From contig CAYFJV010000002.1 in the NCBI GenBank assembly GCA_964343575.1, positions 195,585 to 259,584 of the forward strand: a stretch of DNA of 64,000 nucleotides, given 5' to 3'. The notes under the pieces are model-generated. The model was not told the DNA's origin, ran no database searches, and saw nothing but the letters and a program-made list of their open reading frames with translations. The DNA is from an uncultured Methanosarcinales archaeon (GTDB taxonomy: Archaea; Nanobdellota; Nanobdellia; Woesearchaeales; GW2011-AR9). Each line of letters begins with the position of its first letter. Positions within the stretch are counted from its first letter, which is position 1. Below, piece after piece: positions 9,364 to 17,981 of the stretch. The position numbers were made by a program, and so were the translations under genes.

Positions 9364-9960
9364 ATGGCAAGTAGAAAAGCAAAACCTGTACACTATCGCC
9401 GAAAGCGAGAGCAAAAGACAGATTACAAAAAGCGTCTTCGTCTTTTAGTCTCTGCAAAGCCAAGGTTGGTTCTTCGTAGCAGTAACACTCGCTTCATCGC
9501 GCAAGTTGTGGTTTTCACCCCACAAGGAGACAAGGTTTTAGCTTCAGCTGATTCAAGTACACTCAAAAAAGAAGGTTGGGGATACTCTGCAAAGAACTTC
9601 CCTGCTGCGTACCTAGCGGGTCTTCTTTTGGCAAGAAATGCTAAGAAGGCAGATGCTGCGGCTCATGGTGAGCTTATCTTTGATACTGGAATGGTTTCAC
9701 CTTCAACTCAAGGAAAGTTTTATGCTTTCTTGAAGGGAGCTTTAGATGGCGGATTACAAGTTCGTCATGGAGATGCGGAGAACTTTTTTCCAGGAGAAGA
9801 TCGTCTCAATGGTAAGACAATTGAAGCTTACGCTACTGGGCTTAAGGAAAAAGATCCAGAGATGTTTAAGAAACGTTTTGCTGCAAATCTTAAGAACAGC
9901 GCGGATCCAACAAAGATCTCAAGTGTTTTTGAGCAGGTAAGAGCGAAACTTATGAAATGA
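9364..9960 (+). CDS. rpl18: 50S ribosomal protein L18 (uL18)
   Basis: RRKREQKTDY..RL, NFPAAYLAG and KGALDGGL motifs. Confidence 0.96.
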   Translation: MASRKAKPVHYRRKREQKTDYKKRLRLLVSAKPRLVLRSSNTRFIAQVVVFTPQGDKVLASADSSTLKKEGWGYSAKNFPAAYLAGLLLARNAKKADAAAHGELIFDTGMVSPSTQGKFYAFLKGALDGGLQVRHGDAENFFPGEDRLNGKTIEAYATGLKEKDPEMFKKRFAANLKNSADPTKISSVFEQVRAKLMK

Positions 9961-9998
9961 TAAAGGTTGATAGTTAATAATTATAGGTTATACAAAAA

Positions 9999-10763
9999 AT
10001 GGCAGGTCAAGAAAGAAGGAGAAGAAGGGGTCCGCAGAGAGATCGTAGGCCTCAACCGGAAGTAAATATCCTTGAAATTTGGAAACCAGTTACTGAGCTT
10101 GGTATGAAGGTAAAGTCTGGAGAGATTACTGATATTGATCAGGTGTTTGCTCAAGGTTACAAAATCATGGAGTCCGAGATAGTTGATGTTCTTTTCCCAA
10201 GCCTTAAGACTGACTTGCTCCTCATTGGTCAAGCAAAGGGTAAGTTCGGTGGTGGACAGCGAAGAATTTTCCGTCAAACTCAAAAGAAGACTCGAGAGGG
10301 AAACCGGATCAAGTTTGCGACCTGTGCTCTTGTTGGTAACGAGAATGGTTATGTTGGGCTTGCTTTTGGAAAAAGTAAAGAGACTGTTCCTGCTCGTGAC
10401 AAAGCAATTCGAAAAGCTAAATTGAACATGATCAAAATCCGAAGAGGATGTGGTTCATGGGAAGGGGTTGCTGACTCTAATAGTATTCCCTTTGCAGTAA
10501 GTGGAAAATGTGGATCAGTCATTGTTAAACTTATGCCAGCCCCAAAAGGAACTGGTCTTTGTATTGAGAAGGAGTGTGCTAAAATATTAGCAGCAGCAGG
10601 TATCAAAGATATCTGGTCTAAGACTGAAGGGCAGACTAAAACTAAAGTTAACTTAGTAAAAGCATGCTTTGAAGCACTTAAGAATTTGAGTGATGTAAAG
10701 GTGCAAGAGAAGCATATCGGACTTTTAGGGATTGAAGAAGGAAAACTGAGTGCTAAGGAATGA
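9999..10763 (+). CDS. rps5: 30S ribosomal protein S5 (uS5)
   Basis: WKPVTELG, RRGCGSWE and PAPKGTGL motifs. Confidence 0.97.
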   Translation: MAGQERRRRRGPQRDRRPQPEVNILEIWKPVTELGMKVKSGEITDIDQVFAQGYKIMESEIVDVLFPSLKTDLLLIGQAKGKFGGGQRRIFRQTQKKTREGNRIKFATCALVGNENGYVGLAFGKSKETVPARDKAIRKAKLNMIKIRRGCGSWEGVADSNSIPFAVSGKCGSVIVKLMPAPKGTGLCIEKECAKILAAAGIKDIWSKTEGQTKTKVNLVKACFEALKNLSDVKVQEKHIGLLGIEEGKLSAKE

Positions 10764-10811
10764 TTATCATGAATATGATGTGTTTGTTGAATTTAGGGAA
10801 TTTAATTTAAA

Positions 10812-11270
10812 ATGGCAAAAGAAACAAAGGAGAACAAGGACATGGGAAAGGTGCTTGTAGTATTGGTTCGTGGCCTTGTGGATGTTAGAGGATCTGTTAA
10901 AGAAACTTTGAGACATTTGGGGCTTACTCGAGTGAACCAGGCTGCTGTACACAGCGATAGTCCTATTCTTCGTGGAAAGTTGCAAAAGGTTAAAGATTAT
11001 GCTACTTGGGGTCCAATCGATGATGGCTCTTTTAGTGAACTTTTAGAAAAGCGAGGGGAAGCATTCCTTGGGAGAACTTCTGACTCTAAGGGCAAGTACA
11101 CATATACTGGTTTTTTTGAAGTTGCAGGTAAAAAATATAAGAAAACTTTCCGTTTAAACCCTCCTCGAAAAGGCTACGGAAGGAAAGGAATCAAAAAACC
11201 CTTCAAAACTGGTGGCGCACTTGGATTTAGGGGCGAAGCAGTGGTTGATTTGATGAAGAGGATGCTTTAG
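10812..11270 (+). CDS. rpl30: 50S ribosomal protein L30 (uL30, archaeal long form)
   Basis: KVKDYATWG, FRLNPPRKG and GGALGFRG motifs. Confidence 0.95.
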   Translation: MAKETKENKDMGKVLVVLVRGLVDVRGSVKETLRHLGLTRVNQAAVHSDSPILRGKLQKVKDYATWGPIDDGSFSELLEKRGEAFLGRTSDSKGKYTYTGFFEVAGKKYKKTFRLNPPRKGYGRKGIKKPFKTGGALGFRGEAVVDLMKRML

Positions 11271-11308
11271 TTTTGGCAGATTTAGATTTACAATTAGATA
11301 CATGAAAA

Positions 11309-11797
11309 ATGGTAGTTAACAAGCGAAAAAAAGTTACCAAGTACCGGTCACATACTACTCATGGTGGTGGACACCGTAAAAAGCGTCGTGGGGCCGGAAG
11401 CCGAGGTGGTCGTGGTAGAGCAGGGACTGGTAAACGAGCTAGTCAAAAAGTTGCTGGGATTACTGTAACTCTCGGGAGAAAAGGATTCACTTCTCATGCA
11501 GGTGCTAGTATTCGAAGTGTCAACTTGAACTATTTTACTCAAAAGCGTCTTGACCAACTAGTTGCGGCGAAGAAAGTGACTAAGAAAGGGGATGTTTATA
11601 GTGTTGATCTTGTAAAGGTTGGCTTTGATAAACTTCTTGGAGCAGGAGTTGTACAGGCAAAGTTGCAGGTAAAGGCAAGGCAATGGAGTGCTCATGCTGA
11701 ATCTAAAATTACTGCTGCAGGCGGTTCTATCGTTGCTGCGGGTGGTGCTGGTGCTGAATCTGTAAAGCAAGAAGAGAAAGCTGCTTCTAAGGAGTAA
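11309..11797 (+). CDS. rpl15: 50S ribosomal protein L15 (uL15)
   Basis: THGGG..KKRRGAGSRGGRG, KLLGAG and KITAAGG motifs. Confidence 0.96.
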   Translation: MVVNKRKKVTKYRSHTTHGGGHRKKRRGAGSRGGRGRAGTGKRASQKVAGITVTLGRKGFTSHAGASIRSVNLNYFTQKRLDQLVAAKKVTKKGDVYSVDLVKVGFDKLLGAGVVQAKLQVKARQWSAHAESKITAAGGSIVAAGGAGAESVKQEEKAASKE

Positions 11798-11861
11798 TTT
11801 TACATAGTTTTATTAAGGGAAGCTCTTTTGGAGACCTCTGAGATATATGACGTGATGATCT

Positions 11862-13250
11862 ATGAGTTTACTTGATACTTTGATGGGAATCTTTCCGGAA
11901 GTGAAGGGTCCGTCACAAAAAAAGCTTGGCTTTAAAGAAAAGCTCAAGTGGACCATGATTATCTTGGTCCTTTTCTTTGTTCTTGGTTTAGTTCCTTTAT
12001 TTGGTTTAGGAGAAAATGCCTTGCAACAATTTGAGTTTCTCTCTATCATTCTAGGAGCAAGTTTTGGAAGCGTTATCTCTTTAGGAATTGGTCCGATCGT
12101 TACTGCATCTATCGTTTTGCAGTTGCTTAACGGAACAGGTATTATTGATCTGAAACTGACAACTCCTGCGGGACGTCAGCGTTTTCAAGGAGTTCAAAAG
12201 CTTTTGACTGTGTTTTTCATTGTCTTTGAAGCTATTATTTATGTTATCATGGGCGGTCTTGCACCGAGTGCATCGCTTGCTGGCTCAAGTACTTATGTAC
12301 AATTGCAGATCCTTTTGATTATTCAGCTTATCTTGGGAGGAATGTTAATTCTCTTCATGGATGAAGTCGTAAGCAAATGGGGATTTGGTTCAGGAGTAAG
12401 TTTATTCATTGCAGCAGGAGTAGGTCAGCAAGTCTTCGTGCGTGCGCTTAACTTTTTGCCCTCTCCTACAAACCCAGAAATTGCGGCTGGAGCTTTGCCT
12501 AGTTTCTTTCAGTTTTTAGCTGGTGGAGATGTTACTAGTGCGGGTTTGCAGCTGGCGGCGATTGTCTCAACTCTGGTTGTTTTTGCTATTTGTGTCTATG
12601 GTCAATCTATGAAGGTGGAAATTCCGCTCTCTTTTGGAAGAGTTCGAGGACACTCTTTTCGATGGCCACTTAACTTTTTTTACACTTCAAACATTCCGGT
12701 TATCTTAGTTGTAGCTCTTGTTGCAAACATTCAATTGGTAGCAACCTTGCTTGCTAACTGGGGTCGCCCTTGGCTTGGAACTTTTTCAGGAAACGTTCCC
12801 GTTTCAGGTCTTGTTTATTGGATTAGTCCTCCAAACATTTCCCAACTTTTGATCACGGGAGGGTTTACTGGCGTACATTTGATTCAAGCGTTTTTGTATG
12901 CGATGATCATGATTGGTGGTTCTGTGATCTTTAGTGTCTTTTGGATGCAGACTGCTGGGATGGATGCAAGCTCTCAGGCAAAACAAATAATGGCATCTGG
13001 GTTACAGATCCCTGGTTTTAGGCGTGATGAGCGTGTGCTTGAGCGTGTGCTTAGCAGGTACATCTGGCCACTTACCATAGTTGGTGGAGCGGCAGTTGGA
13101 CTTCTTGCTGCGCTTGCGGATTTGACGGGGGCATTGTCTCAAGGAACAGGTATTTTGCTGGCAGTGATGATTGTCTACAAATTGTATGAAGAAATTGCTA
13201 AACAGCACATGATGGATATGCACCCCGCTATGAAGAAATTTATGAAGTAG
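11862..13250 (+). CDS. secY: Preprotein translocase SecY
   Basis: About 10 TM segments; LGIGPIVTASI, SKWGFGSGVSLFIAA, YTSNIP and IPGFRRD motifs. Confidence 0.98.
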   Translation: MSLLDTLMGIFPEVKGPSQKKLGFKEKLKWTMIILVLFFVLGLVPLFGLGENALQQFEFLSIILGASFGSVISLGIGPIVTASIVLQLLNGTGIIDLKLTTPAGRQRFQGVQKLLTVFFIVFEAIIYVIMGGLAPSASLAGSSTYVQLQILLIIQLILGGMLILFMDEVVSKWGFGSGVSLFIAAGVGQQVFVRALNFLPSPTNPEIAAGALPSFFQFLAGGDVTSAGLQLAAIVSTLVVFAICVYGQSMKVEIPLSFGRVRGHSFRWPLNFFYTSNIPVILVVALVANIQLVATLLANWGRPWLGTFSGNVPVSGLVYWISPPNISQLLITGGFTGVHLIQAFLYAMIMIGGSVIFSVFWMQTAGMDASSQAKQIMASGLQIPGFRRDERVLERVLSRYIWPLTIVGGAAVGLLAALADLTGALSQGTGILLAVMIVYKLYEEIAKQHMMDMHPAMKKFMK

Positions 13251-13341
13251 TTAGCTTGCTGCTTTTGATGAAACTTTTTCTAAAAGTTTCCTATGGAAAA
13301 GTTTATGAAGTGATTGTTTAGTTTACTTTTTTGGTTTTACT

Positions 13342-14115
13342 ATGGCACTTTTAGATCCGATTTTTAATCCAGTACTCTTGCCTTTGCTGAGTTGGAACCC
13401 TTTTTTGGGGATTGTGATCTTATCTTTTGCCATTTCTCTTCTCATTTCTCTTGCTTATAAGTACTTCACTGATCAGGATAAGATGAAGGAGCTTAAGGAG
13501 AAGCAAAAGGAGTTTCAAAAGCGTATGAAAGAGCTTCGCTCGCAGCCAGATAAAATGATGGCAGTACAAAAAGAAGCAATGGCAACCAACATGGAGTACA
13601 TGAAAATGTCTCTCAAGCCGACTTTGTACACTTTCTTGCCTATCATCTTGATCTTTGGGTGGATGACTGCTCACTTAGCTTATGAGCCGATTTATCCAGG
13701 AGAGACTTATAGTATCACCGCTGAAATTGCAGAAGGGATCACAGCTCAAGCGGAGCTTTTGCTTGATGAAGGAACAACACTTGCTAATGAAGGAGATAGT
13801 TTGTCTGTGGATCTTGTTGACGGATTTGCCACTTGGTATTTGAAAAGTGATACTGGGCTGCATGAGCTTGTGGTGCAAGTTGGTGAAGTACAGGCAAGCA
13901 AAGAAGTGTTGATCAGTACTGATTTGGAGTATAGTGTTGCTGAAGAAGGTTCTGGTAAAAGTGATATTGAGAGCATTAAAATTAATTACAATAAATTGCG
14001 TCCTGCTGGACAGAATTTTTCTATTCTTGGTTGGCAACCGGGATGGCTTGGCTGGTACATTATTTTCTCACTCTTTTTTAGTTTGAGTATTCGAAGAGTG
14101 ATGGGTTTGCACTAG
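13342..14115 (+). CDS. DUF106 / EMC3-TMCO1 (Oxa1/YidC superfamily) membrane insertase with inserted extracytoplasmic domain
   Basis: TM, coiled coil (DQDKMKELKEKQKE), MKMSLKP.. TM, then C-terminal GWLGWYII; canonical post-secY position. Confidence 0.88.
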   Translation: MALLDPIFNPVLLPLLSWNPFLGIVILSFAISLLISLAYKYFTDQDKMKELKEKQKEFQKRMKELRSQPDKMMAVQKEAMATNMEYMKMSLKPTLYTFLPIILIFGWMTAHLAYEPIYPGETYSITAEIAEGITAQAELLLDEGTTLANEGDSLSVDLVDGFATWYLKSDTGLHELVVQVGEVQASKEVLISTDLEYSVAEEGSGKSDIESIKINYNKLRPAGQNFSILGWQPGWLGWYIIFSLFFSLSIRRVMGLH

Positions 14116-14513
14116 ATTTTATTCTCTTCTTTAAGTTTGAGAAAGATTTTGAGCAGTTCTTTTTGTTCATATCCCCATTCTTTTTTGAGTGCTTCTTCTG
14201 GACTTAGCCATTCGAGCTTTTGTCCCTCATGAAGAGGTGTTGTTTTGAGATCGAGATCCTTCTTGAGGTAAAAGACTGCTTGCGAATTTGTGTTTGGGGG
14301 TTCGTAGGAGAGGATTTGTTTTGGCTTAGTGAGTTTTAGCTCAATCTCTTCTTTTATTTCTCTAATGATGGTTTCTTCTGTTGTTTCCCCTTCTTCAGTG
14401 TGTCCACCAAGAAAGCACCAAGTATTTTTGTAAGGGAGGTTAGGAAAGTTGTCTCTGAGATAAGCTAAGAGTTCTCCTTTGTTATTTTCTATGATGATAC
14501 AAGCGCCATCCAT
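14112..14513 (-). CDS. NUDIX hydrolase
   Basis: Nudix box GGHTEEGETTEETIIREIKEEI. Confidence 0.9.
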   Translation of the reverse strand: MDGACIIIENNKGELLAYLRDNFPNLPYKNTWCFLGGHTEEGETTEETIIREIKEEIELKLTKPKQILSYEPPNTNSQAVFYLKKDLDLKTTPLHEGQKLEWLSPEEALKKEWGYEQKELLKIFLKLKEENKI

Positions 14514-14636
14514 TCTTATCTAATTTGTCTATTTGTTAATAAAAACTTGTGAAACTTCCTACTTAGTTTTGGTTTTTTCCTACAGCAAGGTTTATAAATA
14601 AGCCTGGTTCAAAGAGAGTATCTCCCTTGAGGAGAG

Positions 14637-14694
14637 GATTAGTCGGCAACGCGGTCCAGAATGAGAGATTAATTCTGAGCTTTGCCACTTGATT
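14637..14694 (+). promoter_or_regulatory. Hairpin in the 5' leader of rpl34e-rpl14e
   Basis: gattagtcggcaa/ttgccacttgatt outer stem and cagaat/attctg inner stem, downstream of the TATA tttataaata (14591). Confidence 0.4.
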
Positions 14695-14721
14695 TGAAAA
14701 ATAATTTGAAAAGGTAAACAA

Positions 14722-15021
14722 ATGGTAAGTGGAAAACATAAATCAAACAGGCTTCGAAAAGTGTTTGTAAGAACACCAGGAAGCAGAACGGTGGTGCATC
14801 GCAGAAAGCGAAAGCCAAGTAAAGCAAAATGTGCAATTTTTGGGAATACCTTAGCTGGTGTTCCTCACGGAAGAGATAGTGCGGTGCGTAAACTCTCTAA
14901 GAGCAAAAGAAGGCCAGAGCGACCTTTTGGTGGCGTTCTTTCCTCTAAAGCTATGCGTTTTGTTCTCAGAATGCGTGCTCGTGAAGAATCTTCGGGATCT
15001 CAAGGTGGTGATGCACAATGA
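14722..15021 (+). CDS. rpl34e: 50S ribosomal protein L34e
   Basis: VRTPGSR and SKRRPERPFGG motifs. Confidence 0.95.
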   Translation: MVSGKHKSNRLRKVFVRTPGSRTVVHRRKRKPSKAKCAIFGNTLAGVPHGRDSAVRKLSKSKRRPERPFGGVLSSKAMRFVLRMRAREESSGSQGGDAQ

Positions 15022-15395
15022 GTTTATTCAATGTAGGAAGATTATGTCTCAAAGTTGCCGGGAGAGACGCAGGAAAACATTGTGTTGTTGTCCAAGAAAT
15101 TGATGATCGTTTTGTAGTTGTTGATGGTGGAACTCGGCGCAGAAAAGTGAATGTGAGGCACCTTGAGCCTTTAGCTGATACTCTGGCTTTGGCTTCTCAG
15201 GCAGATCATGCAGTTGTTGAGAAGTTGTTCAAAGAGCGTGGACTTGCTGTTTGGAACAAAAAGGCTAAGTCTGCTGGTGAGCGCCCTCGTCAGAAGAGAA
15301 AAGCTCATGCTAAGGCTGCTGCAAAACCAAAAGCAAAGTCAGCTAAGAAGACAGAAGCAGCTCCTGCAGCAAAAGCTGCTGAGCAGAAAGCTTAA
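15018..15395 (+). CDS. rpl14e: 50S ribosomal protein L14e
   Basis: VGRLCLKVAGRDAGK.CVVV and RRKVNVRHLEP motifs. Confidence 0.95.
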   Translation: MSLFNVGRLCLKVAGRDAGKHCVVVQEIDDRFVVVDGGTRRRKVNVRHLEPLADTLALASQADHAVVEKLFKERGLAVWNKKAKSAGERPRQKRKAHAKAAAKPKAKSAKKTEAAPAAKAAEQKA

Positions 15396-15430
15396 TTTTT
15401 TATTTTCTTTCTCTTTTCTTCTCTTTTACT

Positions 15431-16249
15431 ATGTCAAAAAAATATACTTTGTATCAAGTTCTAAAACGCTCCGGTTTGTTTGCTTCTCGTAGTGCTCTTG
15501 TGAATGCGGTTAATCATGGAAAAGTCAAAGTTGATGGTGTGGTAACTAAAGCACTTAAATTCCAACTCAATCCGAATTCTCGGAAAGTAACTTGCTTGTT
15601 TAAAGAGGTGGCTAAACGCAGTGATGGCAAGCTTAGGGATGGAGGAATTGTTGAGAAAGAAGTTGAAATGCTTCCTTTGCGCTATTTTATGCTTAATAAG
15701 GCGCAAGCTTATTCTTGTCAGAGAAATGATAGAAAACGTTATGTGCTTGACCTGATGAAAGTTGAAGATCGTTTGAAAAATAGTTTGTTCCCTATTGGTC
15801 GACTTGATGTGCCAACTCGTGGTTTGTTGTTAGTTACTAACGATGGTGAATTTTCTGCTCGTGTTTTGGATCCGAAGAGGAAGGTGGCTAAGACTTATTT
15901 GGTGCTCTGTAAGGGGGCTCTTGATGATGATCAGTTGGATGAGTTGAAAGATGGTGTGGTTATTCGATTAGATGAGCAGCGAGATTATCGCACCTTGCCT
16001 CCTGTTTCTGTTGAGAAGGTGAGTGACCATAAATTGCTGCTTACTATCATTGAAGGGAAGTATCGCCAGGTGCGTAAGATGCTCGAAGCTGTTGGCAATA
16101 AAGTTGTGGATTTACAGCGAGTTGCTATTGGTGGACTTGAGCTTTCTGGTGTTGGCGTTGCTGAGGGGAACTGGAAAGAGTTTTCTGGTGAAGAGGTGAA
16201 GAAATTGGTTTTTGGGGCAGCACTGTCAGAGCAGCAGCGTAGGCCTTGA
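15431..16249 (+). CDS. RsuA/RluB/E/F-family (bacterial-type) rRNA pseudouridine synthase with N-terminal S4 domain
   Basis: S4 motif SRSA..NAVNHGKVKVDG; YFMLNK; catalytic GRLDVPTRGLLLVTNDG; EGKYRQVRKM and LQRVAIG motifs. Confidence 0.92.
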   Translation: MSKKYTLYQVLKRSGLFASRSALVNAVNHGKVKVDGVVTKALKFQLNPNSRKVTCLFKEVAKRSDGKLRDGGIVEKEVEMLPLRYFMLNKAQAYSCQRNDRKRYVLDLMKVEDRLKNSLFPIGRLDVPTRGLLLVTNDGEFSARVLDPKRKVAKTYLVLCKGALDDDQLDELKDGVVIRLDEQRDYRTLPPVSVEKVSDHKLLLTIIEGKYRQVRKMLEAVGNKVVDLQRVAIGGLELSGVGVAEGNWKEFSGEEVKKLVFGAALSEQQRRP

Positions 16250-16398
16250 CTCGCCCTTATTTTTTCCTAGAAAAAATGCTCGTCAAGAATTCTTCATTGT
16301 TTCGTTGGCTCCCACACACCTCCCCTTTAAAGACAGTGTTGCCTTCTTTACTGAAAGAGTAATAATGTTTAAAAAGGAAATGGGCTTTGCTCTTCTTA

Positions 16399-17955
16399 AT
16401 GGTTTTGAAGGTCAAAAAAGCAGTTCTGCGTTTACATCCTTTAGAGAGAAAGGTACTTCCTTTCGTTGGTTTAGGAGAGATGGGTGCTATTGCTAATAAA
16501 GCGGGGCTTTCTTTAGAAGAAGTGCGCTCTGGCTTACAAATGCTTGAAGCTAAAGGTTATTTGATTCTTGATGCAAGTGAAGAGAAATTTATTGTTCTGA
16601 GTAAACTTGGTAAACAGTATGTTGGCGCTGGGAAAGATCTTCCTCATGTCGCTTTTTTGAAAGCTATTGTGAAGGGGCCGAAAAAGATGTCTCAAGTTGG
16701 TAAAGATTTGGGTCCAGCTTTCTCTTCGGCTCTCGGTTTTTTGAAGCGTGAAAGCCTTGTAAACATTGAAAAGAAAAAAGAGCTTGTCTTTAGCGCAGCA
16801 GAAGGTGCTGTTGATTTTCTAGAAGGTTATGTAAACCCGCTTGAACAGTTTGCAGATGGTGTTGCACTCTCTGATATTGGAAAAGAACAGAAGAAGCAGC
16901 TCAAGGAGCTGAGGAATTTTGTTCAAGAAGTTGTGCAAAAAAGTTTTAGTGTTGAATTGACTAAGGATGGGAAGGCTTTGCTTAAAGAATTACTTGCTTT
17001 TGGAGATGTAGATCTTACTGAAGCACTTAGTTCTGATATGCTCAAGGACGGAAGTTGGAAAGAGAAGGAGTTTCGTCATTATGATATCTCTGTGGCGGTT
17101 CCTTATCATGGGGTTGCTCGTCGTCATCCAATGCTTGAAGCAAACAATATTATTCGTGATCTTTTTGTTGAGATGGGTTTTCAAGAGATGCAAGGTCCTA
17201 TGGTTGAAGCAGCCTTTTGGAATATGGATGTGATGTGGATTCCACAAGATCACCCTGCTCGGGATGATCAAGATACTTTTTATCTAGAAGGCGAAGCAAA
17301 AATCCCTTCAGGGCTTGTTGCTGTGTACAAGAAAATGCATGAAGAAGGTATTGGTAAAAGTCACACACCTAAAGGACAATGGTCAAAGAAGGTTGCTGCC
17401 CGCCGACTTCTGCGGACACATTCTACTTCAACGACTTTTCGAACCCTCGCTCGCTTGGCTGCTGAGGCTAAGAAGCGAGGTGAGAAAGATATTCCAAATG
17501 GGAAGTACTTTTATGTTGCTAACGTCTTTCGCAACGAGGCAATTGATGCAACACACTTAGCCGAGTTCTATCAAGGAGAAGGTTTTATTGTAGGAGATGA
17601 TTTGGGCCTTGCTGATTTGATGGGCTTTGTCAAAGCTTATTATGCAAAGTTAGGGCTTCATAAGATTCGTTTTAAACCAACTTTTAATCCTTATACGGAG
17701 CCAAGTATGGAAGCGCATTATTATGATGAAAAGATGGGTAAATGGTATGCTCTCATCAACTCTGGGATTTTTCGTCAGGAGACCTTGAAGCCACTTGGTA
17801 TTAACAAAACAATCATTGCTTGGGGGATGGGAGCTTCACGCTTAGCAGCGTTGCTTGCCCGAAGAGCTTCTATGCGAGATATTACTGGAGCTACTTGTGA
17901 TTTTAAGTGGATGAAAGAGCGCCCAATGATGAGCAGAGACGTGGTGAGAAAGTAG
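16399..17955 (+). CDS. pheS: Phenylalanine-tRNA ligase alpha subunit (archaeal long type)
   Basis: PQDHPARDDQDTF, LLRTHSTS, FRNEAIDATHLAEFYQ and FNPYTEPS motifs. ATG 16399 follows a TATA-like tttaaaaa. Confidence 0.95.
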   Translation: MVLKVKKAVLRLHPLERKVLPFVGLGEMGAIANKAGLSLEEVRSGLQMLEAKGYLILDASEEKFIVLSKLGKQYVGAGKDLPHVAFLKAIVKGPKKMSQVGKDLGPAFSSALGFLKRESLVNIEKKKELVFSAAEGAVDFLEGYVNPLEQFADGVALSDIGKEQKKQLKELRNFVQEVVQKSFSVELTKDGKALLKELLAFGDVDLTEALSSDMLKDGSWKEKEFRHYDISVAVPYHGVARRHPMLEANNIIRDLFVEMGFQEMQGPMVEAAFWNMDVMWIPQDHPARDDQDTFYLEGEAKIPSGLVAVYKKMHEEGIGKSHTPKGQWSKKVAARRLLRTHSTSTTFRTLARLAAEAKKRGEKDIPNGKYFYVANVFRNEAIDATHLAEFYQGEGFIVGDDLGLADLMGFVKAYYAKLGLHKIRFKPTFNPYTEPSMEAHYYDEKMGKWYALINSGIFRQETLKPLGINKTIIAWGMGASRLAALLARRASMRDITGATCDFKWMKERPMMSRDVVRK

Positions 17956-17981
17956 TTTGTGTGATTTGGTGAGTTATTAGT

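Noticed and set aside
16314..16322. Short ccacacacctc-type match shared with the minus strand of the 55.3 kb element
   Set aside because: A match this short is expected by chance in 64 kb.
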